This document shows positions 57,195 through 64,000 of a stretch of DNA of 64,000 bases, piece after piece. How positions within the stretch are numbered: position 1 is the first letter of the stretch; each line of letters opens with the position of its first letter. The stretch comes from Hadesarchaea archaeon. GTDB taxonomy: Archaea; Hadarchaeota; Hadarchaeia; Hadarchaeales; Hadarchaeaceae. Location: the NCBI GenBank assembly GCA_029259175.1, contig JAPDJH010000001.1, positions 1-64,000 on the forward strand, written 5' to 3'. The notes below the pieces were generated by a model, which was not told where the DNA came from, did not search any database, and saw only the letters and a list, made by a program, of their open reading frames with translations. The position numbers and the translations under genes are program-made.

Positions 57195-57279
57195 CGCCGG
57201 GGAGGGGATTTGAACCCCTGAGGCCCAAAGGGCCACGAGCTCTCCAGGCTCGCGCGCTACCTGGCTACGCCACCCCGGC
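57195..57279 (-). tRNA. tRNA-Ser(GGA)
   Basis: GCCGGGGTGGCGTAG...CGAGC CT GGA GA GCTCG, variable arm GGCCC/GGGCC, G73; CCA not encoded. Confidence 0.93.
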
Positions 57280-57373
57280 CATCCAATACTTAACCCCAAT
57301 GCTTCTTTTGAGTTTTTGTGAAACACAACGCTAAAAAGGGTCTTCACATGAGTTAGAAAGGTGAGGTGAGCGG

Positions 57374-57607
57374 GTGAGACGAGCAAGCAAGCTCTTGGGG
57401 ATGCGCATTTACAGCGATCGCGGGAAGTACATAGGAGCGATTGAAGACGTCGTGATCGAGGACCGCGAAGGCGTGGTGGTGGGCCTTGTCTTCGGGAAGA
57501 AAGCAGGACGAGCACTCACCATTCCCTATAAGAGCATAATGGCGATCGGAGACATCGTGTTGGTGTACTCCAAGCGAGAAGAAGAAACGGGCGGTGTGCC
57601 CTCGTGA
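57374..57607 (+). CDS. PRC-barrel domain protein
   Basis: LGMRIYSDRGKYIG.IEDVVI...IPY..I.AIGDIVLV. Confidence 0.88.
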   Translation: MRRASKLLGMRIYSDRGKYIGAIEDVVIEDREGVVVGLVFGKKAGRALTIPYKSIMAIGDIVLVYSKREEETGGVPS

Positions 57608-58125
57608 TCCAGGAGTTCGGCAAGAAAAAACCCAGAATCCACCCCACTGCAATGATTCATCCATCAGCAGTTATCATTGGAGATGTGGAAATAGGAGCGC
57701 ACTCGAGTGTATGGCCCGGGGCGGTGCTACGGGGTGATTTCGGCAAAATCACGATCGGACGCTACACCTGCATTCAGGACAACGCGGTCGTGCACGTCGG
57801 CGATATCTACGATGGAAAACCGCGTTACGCTTCGGTCAAAATCGGGGACTATGTGATAGTCGGCCACCAGGCGCTGATTCACGGAGCCACCATCGAGAAC
57901 CAGACTGTTATCGGCGGAGGCGCAACTGTGTTCAATCGTGCGCGCGTCAGACGGGGAGCGATCGTGGGTTTGGGAGCTGTGGTGCTAAGAGACGCCGAGA
58001 TCCCGCCAAAAACCATCGTAGTCGGTGTTCCTGCCAGACCGTTGCGTGCCCTCACTCCCCAGGAATACAAGAACATTAAAACCCAAGCGCTGAACTACGC
58101 AAGGCTGGCTGAGCGCTATCGCTGA
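57604..58125 (+). CDS. Gamma carbonic anhydrase family protein
   Basis: IIGDVEIG, VLRGD, IQDNAVVH, VGHQALIHG. Confidence 0.92.
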   Translation: MIQEFGKKKPRIHPTAMIHPSAVIIGDVEIGAHSSVWPGAVLRGDFGKITIGRYTCIQDNAVVHVGDIYDGKPRYASVKIGDYVIVGHQALIHGATIENQTVIGGGATVFNRARVRRGAIVGLGAVVLRDAEIPPKTIVVGVPARPLRALTPQEYKNIKTQALNYARLAERYR

Positions 58126-58634
58126 CGCTTCTTCAGCTTCCGCAAGCCCACGTCCAGGAGGAGGTCGATATCCGAGGGTAGGAACTCGCACAACGCCTCC
58201 CCGTGGTTCCGCATGATCTCCAATTTTTGCCTGGGGTACTTGATCGAGTACATCACTCGACAGCGATCGGAATACCTGGAGAATTGGACGCCCAGCACGC
58301 CCAAAAACAATCTGACAGGGGCGGAGCCACTCGTGTAGTTGAATATCACCTCGTGCTCAAAAATATCCACAGCTTTGAGCAACTCAAGCAAACAATCTCT
58401 AATCGACTTGGGGTTGAACACGTCGCACTGTTTGAAGATCACTCGCGTGCGTGTTTTCCTCGCTTCTTCCACTATCAGGTCCCGGTTTTTCTTCTCGAAG
58501 GAGGGATGAACATAATTTAGCTGATACTCAGAACACACGATGTAGGCGACATCGGGCTTGAGCTTGCGGATCGAAAGAAGTACTGGAATTGGGACCTCTC
58601 CCAGCCCTTGAATGAGGACGCGCATCACATTCAT
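58116..58634 (-). CDS. Stand-alone CARF-like Rossmann domain protein
   Basis: LIQGLGEVP.PV...KPD...IVCS; VIFNYTSGS. Confidence 0.55.
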   Translation of the reverse strand: MNVMRVLIQGLGEVPIPVLLSIRKLKPDVAYIVCSEYQLNYVHPSFEKKNRDLIVEEARKTRTRVIFKQCDVFNPKSIRDCLLELLKAVDIFEHEVIFNYTSGSAPVRLFLGVLGVQFSRYSDRCRVMYSIKYPRQKLEIMRNHGEALCEFLPSDIDLLLDVGLRKLKKRQR

Positions 58635-58655
58635 TTCGACGACATCTGATAAAAA

Positions 58656-59723
58656 CTACTCGAGCGGAATGTAGGTCGTCTCCAGACGATCAAACGTTGG
58701 GTACTCCTCCACAAGCGCGAATCGAAGTGAGGGCTCAAGCTTGCTCAGCTTCTCAGCCAGCCGCCAGTGGATCTCCAGCCGCCGTTTCTGGAAATCCACA
58801 TAAACGTCCTTCGGAGAAAGAGAGTACCTGCGGATAAGCCGTTGCCTCGTTGACCTCAGCTGGCTTAAGGACAAACCCTCAATCACTCCCTTGAAGAGAA
58901 GACCCTCCTCGGTTATCTCTTCGTGCGGCTTGGCGATGTGGAGCGCCTTTCGGATCAAACGGTTTTTCAGCTGTACGGCGTCCTTCAAACGGCTTGGGCA
59001 GTAGTGGACGCTCATGTCCACATGTGTGCTGGCCCATTCTAATACTCGCTTCGCCGTTCGCTCACTGCCCCGCACGGCCATCGAGGTCTCGGATTTCAGC
59101 TGAAATCCTCTCTCCAGCAAAGCACGAGCATTCGTTTCCGAGAACTCGAGCTCGTTCAGATTTGCAAAACGGCAACCAATCGAATCGAGACGTCCGAGAT
59201 ACTCAATCAACCGCTTCTCCGTCTTCGGTATCGCCGGCAGCTCCACGCCCGCATTCAATCCAGCTTTCAGTGCTCTCTCGACCGGCTCGATAGTCCACGT
59301 GTGGAAGCGAATTTCGTCTAGGCCCGCCCGTCTGAGTGCCTCGAGCTTTGACATCGGAAGATCAGCACAGCAATAGAGATGCACATGGTGCTCGCGCCCG
59401 AATTCCTTTTTCAGCAACTTAATAAATCTCAACAAGCGGCGAAAACGGAGTGTTGGGCTTCCACCAGTCAGACCGGTTCCTAGAGCGTTCATCTCGCGTG
59501 CCTCCCTGAGCACGTCAGCCCACCGCCTCACAGGACGCTCGTTTGCGTAGACTACATCTTTGTTTTTGCGTTTTTCCGACAAAGGACAGTAAAAACACCC
59601 GCGATCACATAATCCGGTAACGAACAAAACGAGCTTTGCTCCCTTAACGCACAACCGGCATCCGTGCGGCATCTCCCCCACCAACAGTGACCCCGCCTTC
59701 GTCTGTCGGATTTTCCTAGCCAT
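58656..59723 (-). CDS. Radical SAM protein (archaeal COG2108-like)
   Basis: GC.LC..GAKLVLFVTGLCDRGCFYCPLS, GLDEIRFH, NLNELEFSETN. Confidence 0.9.
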   Translation of the reverse strand: MARKIRQTKAGSLLVGEMPHGCRLCVKGAKLVLFVTGLCDRGCFYCPLSEKRKNKDVVYANERPVRRWADVLREAREMNALGTGLTGGSPTLRFRRLLRFIKLLKKEFGREHHVHLYCCADLPMSKLEALRRAGLDEIRFHTWTIEPVERALKAGLNAGVELPAIPKTEKRLIEYLGRLDSIGCRFANLNELEFSETNARALLERGFQLKSETSMAVRGSERTAKRVLEWASTHVDMSVHYCPSRLKDAVQLKNRLIRKALHIAKPHEEITEEGLLFKGVIEGLSLSQLRSTRQRLIRRYSLSPKDVYVDFQKRRLEIHWRLAEKLSKLEPSLRFALVEEYPTFDRLETTYIPLE

Positions 59724-59781
59724 CGAGCACGCCCCACCCCTTTATAAACCCCCCTGCTCATTTACCTTTAGGTTGGAGGGT

Positions 59782-60321
59782 ATGGCCAAGGTGAAAATCG
59801 AGATTCAAAACATCGTTCTCTCCGTGACCTATCCCAATACAGAATTCGACCTCGAAAAACTGGCACGTTCGCTTGAGGGGGCACGATACGATCCGGAGGT
59901 CTTTCCAGGTATCGCCTACAAATCTGAGGATCCGCCAGCGTCATTCCTCATCTTCGCTTCCGGAAAGATGAACTGTGTGGGTGCGAAGGGAATGCGCGAT
60001 GCAAAACAAGCGATCGCCAAGCTCACCAGAAAACTGAAGCGGATAGGCGCCAAAATTCGTGGGCCTCCAAAAGTTCAGGTCCAAAACATTGTGGCGTCCT
60101 TTGACTTCTTCCGGGAGTTCGATCTGGAGCGCATAGCTCGCAGCTTCGAGAACACCGAATACGAACCCGAGGTGTTTCCCGGACTCGTGTTCCGACTGGA
60201 GGACCCCAAAGTGGTGGTTCTCCTGTTCGTTTCTGGTAAAGGGGTGTGCGCCGGCGCAAAAAGTATGAAAGAAATCCGAAGGGCCGCCGACACCGTTCTA
60301 AAGCTACTCAAAGACTACTGA
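59782..60321 (+). CDS. tbp: TATA-binding protein
   Basis: Two repeats IQNIV...YDPEVFPG...LIFASGK..C.GAK. Confidence 0.96.
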   Translation: MAKVKIEIQNIVLSVTYPNTEFDLEKLARSLEGARYDPEVFPGIAYKSEDPPASFLIFASGKMNCVGAKGMRDAKQAIAKLTRKLKRIGAKIRGPPKVQVQNIVASFDFFREFDLERIARSFENTEYEPEVFPGLVFRLEDPKVVVLLFVSGKGVCAGAKSMKEIRRAADTVLKLLKDY

Positions 60322-60351
60322 AGCCCTTCCATTTTCTTTTTTACTTCACAG

Positions 60352-61377
60352 GTGCTTCTAAATCTGATGCAAACGGTGCTTGTGCGATACGGGGAGCTCG
60401 CTCTCAAGAGCGAGCCGGTTCGGCGCCTCTTCGAGCACCAGCTGATAAACAACATCACGCGCATGCTCGGAAAAAATGCGAAAATTAGACGTGTTCGCGG
60501 CCGGATATTCGTGTACGCCCCGCAGCCACGAAAGACCGCTCGAATTCTCTCGAAAATCCCAGGAGTAGTGTCCTGCAGCCCGGCAATCGAAGTACCAGCA
60601 GATATGTCTGCTATTCTGGACACAGCCCTGAAGGAAGCAAGGCGAAGATTGCGACCTGGAATGCGGTTCGCCGTGAGGGCGAAGCGACACGGAGACTTCC
60701 CGCTAACAAGTCAGCAAATAAATCAGATAGTCGGTGCCGGGATTCTGAAACTCCTGCCAAAAACCAAAGTGGATCTGGAAAAACCCGATCTCCAAATCTT
60801 CATCGAGATCTGGGAAAACAAGGCATATGTGTTCTCCGAGATCGTTGATGGGCCGGGCGGATTACCCGTGGGGACCCAAGGCAAGGCGCTGGCATGGTTC
60901 GAGGGGAAGCGCGCCGACACAGAAGCGGCCGCCCTAATGTTTAAACGGGGATGCGAACTCGAACTCGTGATTCCTCATCGAAAGGCTCTGAAAAAAGCTC
61001 GTCAGTTGCTTCGCTATCACTATCAAATCGTTGCCCATGTGCTTCCAACAGAAGTATTGAAAAAGCGCGGTGCTTCGTTGGATTACTCGCTCAAATGCGC
61101 ACTCGCCGAAGCGATTGCCAACAAACGCGGAGTAAAAGCAATAGTGATGCCGGACACCGTTCAAACGCTGGTTAGTGTGGGGCTGGAAAAAATCGGAGAA
61201 ATCGACAAAAACTCGAGTGTCCTCATCCTGCGTCCTCTCGTCGGGCCCTCGTTGCTCAAGACGAAAAAACAGAAAAAGAAAGAGGTCGCGCGCGTTGGGG
61301 AACAAAGAGCATTGAAGAGAGAGATAAGCAAAATCGTTGAAAAAACACAGTCAGTGCTATTGCGGGTGAAACCGTGA
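60352..61377 (+). CDS. ThiI-like THUMP protein with degenerate PP-loop
   Basis: VRYGELALKS, THUMP, GPGGLPVGTQGK; SGGxDS replaced by EGKRADT. Confidence 0.75.
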   Translation: MLLNLMQTVLVRYGELALKSEPVRRLFEHQLINNITRMLGKNAKIRRVRGRIFVYAPQPRKTARILSKIPGVVSCSPAIEVPADMSAILDTALKEARRRLRPGMRFAVRAKRHGDFPLTSQQINQIVGAGILKLLPKTKVDLEKPDLQIFIEIWENKAYVFSEIVDGPGGLPVGTQGKALAWFEGKRADTEAAALMFKRGCELELVIPHRKALKKARQLLRYHYQIVAHVLPTEVLKKRGASLDYSLKCALAEAIANKRGVKAIVMPDTVQTLVSVGLEKIGEIDKNSSVLILRPLVGPSLLKTKKQKKKEVARVGEQRALKREISKIVEKTQSVLLRVKP

Positions 61378-62645
61378 AGTTGGTTGTATCGCAAGCAAAA
61401 CATTTGTCCACCAAGCTGGAAGCTCTCCCATCCAAATTTCACACACAACTGGCTTGCGTTGCTGGAATGCTTGGCAAGAGAAAGAGTCTGATCAAATCCC
61501 CATCGAGGGTACGAGACACCCAAATCTTGCTCAAGATCGGAGAAATCTTTGATGTGATTGTGAGCAAGAGCGGAGGTAGCTGGCTTTTTTCCCCTCCCGA
61601 ATCGCTCAGATTGAAAACCCGGTCAATCGATGCCAAGAACTCGGGCACCGTGCTCTCGCTTGTCATCCCCCTCGTTATCGCTGGAAACGCGGCTGCAATC
61701 GTTACTGGAGATCCCTTTCTGCGCAAAAGAAAGGTCGGAGGACTCCTGAGCTTGCTCCACAAGTTGGGGGTTGAGGTGCACTCCATCGCTCCCGCAGAAA
61801 CGCCGCCGCTAATGGTCTTCAACACCGCTCCGCGCGGAGGTCGCGTAGCTTGCCAACCGCATGAATGTTATCATTTGCCCGCTGCATTGCTGCTTTCTCC
61901 TTTCGCTAACGAGGATGTGGAAATTCGTCTGCCAAACCAGCAATGCATGATACGGGCAGAACCCGTGCTGGAAATCATGAGGGCCTCTGGAATTCGGATA
62001 GCTGTTCAAAGAAAGAACATCCTCGTATCTCCCAGCCGATATCGCGGATTAGAATATTCAGTACCAAAGGAAATATCGGCTGCCGCTCCGTTCGTGATCG
62101 GGAGTTTGTTGGTCGAAAAACAGGTAGAAGTACAGTGTAAGGATGAGACCCCCCGAGACCGGGAATTCCTCGAGCTTTTGAAAAACATGGGTGTCGTGGT
62201 CCACCGGCGCAGACACGCCGTTTTTCTAAACGCTGAACGCCTGCGGGGGCGTGCACTAAACCTCTCAAGTATGCCCGAACTCGCTCCTTTCTTCGCCGTT
62301 CTCGGAGTGTTTGCGAGGGGCAAAACCCGAATTGTGGAGGCTCAGGAGGCTCGAAATATGAAAACGGATAGAATCGCGGCGATTGTGCGTGCGCTTAAAA
62401 TCATGGGGGCAAAAATTGTCGAAACGCCTGACGGTCTCGTAGTGAAGGGTACGCACCGCCTGAAAGGAAAAGAAGTAGATGGGGCAAACGACTACGCCGT
62501 CACAGCCGCACTGACAGCCGCCGCTCTCAGGTCGGAGGGGGACACCCGAATCACAAACGGGATAGAATCTCTTAAACGCGGATATCCGCAGTTCATCCGA
62601 ACCTTCAGAAATCTGGGGGCAGAAATCGGGACGGCAATAAAATAG
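61374..62645 (+). CDS. Second, degenerate EPSP-synthase-like protein
   Basis: NSGT, TGD..LRKR, TDRI retained; KSxTHR, SSQF and DHR replaced. Confidence 0.75.
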   Translation: MKLVVSQAKHLSTKLEALPSKFHTQLACVAGMLGKRKSLIKSPSRVRDTQILLKIGEIFDVIVSKSGGSWLFSPPESLRLKTRSIDAKNSGTVLSLVIPLVIAGNAAAIVTGDPFLRKRKVGGLLSLLHKLGVEVHSIAPAETPPLMVFNTAPRGGRVACQPHECYHLPAALLLSPFANEDVEIRLPNQQCMIRAEPVLEIMRASGIRIAVQRKNILVSPSRYRGLEYSVPKEISAAAPFVIGSLLVEKQVEVQCKDETPRDREFLELLKNMGVVVHRRRHAVFLNAERLRGRALNLSSMPELAPFFAVLGVFARGKTRIVEAQEARNMKTDRIAAIVRALKIMGAKIVETPDGLVVKGTHRLKGKEVDGANDYAVTAALTAAALRSEGDTRITNGIESLKRGYPQFIRTFRNLGAEIGTAIK

Positions 62646-62807
62646 ATAATGATGCCGATCGGAATCAAATGTTTTGGACTTTTGTCACCAAAGGGTTCGC
62701 CCACAGTGGTTATTTCATTCACATTAAAACACAACAGGACCCAAGAATCTCATGGACTGGCGAGCGCCATGCACAATCTAATTAATCCGCGGAGGTCAAG
62801 TTATGCT

Positions 62808-63659
62808 GTGAAAGGCCAGCTGAGTTTAGAATTCATGATCGTGTTCGTAGGGCTGTTGCTCATAGTGGGAAGTATCACATATCCCCTGTATGAAACTTCG
62901 CGAAACAAAGCAGAACGGCTTAACACGCTGGCGGAAGCCCGGAAGGCTGCGACGCTTCTCGCAACGGCGCTCAACTCGGTCTATGCTGGCGGGCCCGGAT
63001 CGAGGCAGACCGTGGAGTTCTGGTTGCCGCGAGGTGTCGTGAACATTGAAATGAACACGCTGAACGACGGGGTCGTAACCAGTGATGGGGCGGTGCAGCC
63101 CAACGGAAGAATCGATGTCCAAGTTTTCTTCGACTTCAACGGGGACGAGAACTGGGACAACACCCGCGATTCCGTCGTGATCGTTGAAACTCTCCTTCCC
63201 AGTGCTTGGGACGAAAATGGGAATGAGAGAAGCAGCTCTTGGCTAACCGAAAATGCAATACAGATAATAAGAGACGAGAATTTTATTTATGATTCGATAC
63301 ATCGGACAAAGCACCGGGTTACTTTGGAATATCAAATTCGGTATTACGAGAACGTGTTGGTGGACTGGACTCCGATAGAAGACCGGTGGGGGGTTGATTT
63401 TAAATTCCGGGCGATTGTCAACGGAATTCAACTCAGAGTGCTTGCCGAAAATCTGATTTGGAACGACTGGGTGTGGGCGAAGTTCGGAAACAAGTGGGAT
63501 ATGGATACCGGCAACACTTTTACCATTACGTTAACGGAAAACGGTACCACAGTGGCCATTGAAGTTGAGAATGGCCAGATAAGAATAACCTACGCGCCTG
63601 TTTTGCCCCCTTGGTATCGATGTATATCAATCACTGATGAAATCTTGGAGCGTGCATAG
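62808..63659 (+). CDS. Class III signal peptide (type IV pilin-like) protein
   Basis: KG|QLSLEF followed by hydrophobic helix; GGAGGT before GTG 62808. Confidence 0.85.
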   Translation: MKGQLSLEFMIVFVGLLLIVGSITYPLYETSRNKAERLNTLAEARKAATLLATALNSVYAGGPGSRQTVEFWLPRGVVNIEMNTLNDGVVTSDGAVQPNGRIDVQVFFDFNGDENWDNTRDSVVIVETLLPSAWDENGNERSSSWLTENAIQIIRDENFIYDSIHRTKHRVTLEYQIRYYENVLVDWTPIEDRWGVDFKFRAIVNGIQLRVLAENLIWNDWVWAKFGNKWDMDTGNTFTITLTENGTTVAIEVENGQIRITYAPVLPPWYRCISITDEILERA

Positions 63660-63661
63660 GG

Positions 63662-64000
63662 ATGCGTGGGCAAACAGCCGTAGAGTATCTCGCCGTGTTC
63701 TCAGTGGCTCTGGTCGTTATCGCCGTCGCTGCCGTCGCCCGGATGATAGATCCTGCCCGGGAGAGTGGTGAATCGGCTCTTGTCATGGCACAGGCTAGGG
63801 AAGCCGTCGACCTCATAGCGTCGGCTGTGGATTCAGTGTACGCGAGCGGGCCGGGATCCGCAGATGGGGTCACCGTCCGCGTGGATGCAGTGTGGAGCTT
63901 GATTCTGGACAACGAGAATTCGGAAGTCAAAATCCAGGTCTCGACCTCAGGAGGTGTTAAAGAGTTCCAAGCCTCGCTTCGTTATCCTCTGAATGGCCAG
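63662..64000 (+). CDS. Class III signal peptide pilin-like protein (runs off the window)
   Basis: MRG|QTAVEYLAVF..., VYASGPGS motif shared with the upstream pilin. Confidence 0.8.
   Translation, partial: MRGQTAVEYLAVFSVALVVIAVAAVARMIDPARESGESALVMAQAREAVDLIASAVDSVYASGPGSADGVTVRVDAVWSLILDNENSEVKIQVSTSGGVKEFQASLRYPLNGQ

Overview
Archaeal chromosomal window (TBP, Rpo3/RpoD, aIF-2beta, Cgi121, archaeal aroA'/aroB' shikimate route, BHB tRNA intron; euryarchaeal-like, possibly Hadarchaeia, which is an inference). Left ~29 kb is accessory DNA at the 3' end of tRNA-Ile2(CAT). It holds a tyrosine integrase, RHH regulators, a Spo11/Top6A-like 'Mini-A' gene, PLD, PD-(D/E)XK nucleases, a Panacea antitoxin and a 5142-aa secreted gingipain(C25)-like modular protein with an exact 2.6-kb internal duplication and a Trp-rich repeat. 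The right part is mostly core genome: a complete divergent aromatic amino-acid cluster, EF-1alpha, S13-S4-S11-RpoD, TBP and pilin-like genes. The main unexplained signals are: (1) five copies of a 16-bp palindrome between the divergent aro operons; (2) small integrase-less gene cassettes behind tRNA-Ser(GGA), separated by progressively decayed copies of the tRNA 3' end, one carrying a DUF3800-like gene with a convergent promoter plus hairpin ncRNA; (3) a tRNA-Asn intron with box C/D-like motifs; (4) a pair of catalytically degenerate ThiI and EPSP-synthase paralogs next to TBP. All family assignments are by eye from motifs; no searches were run.
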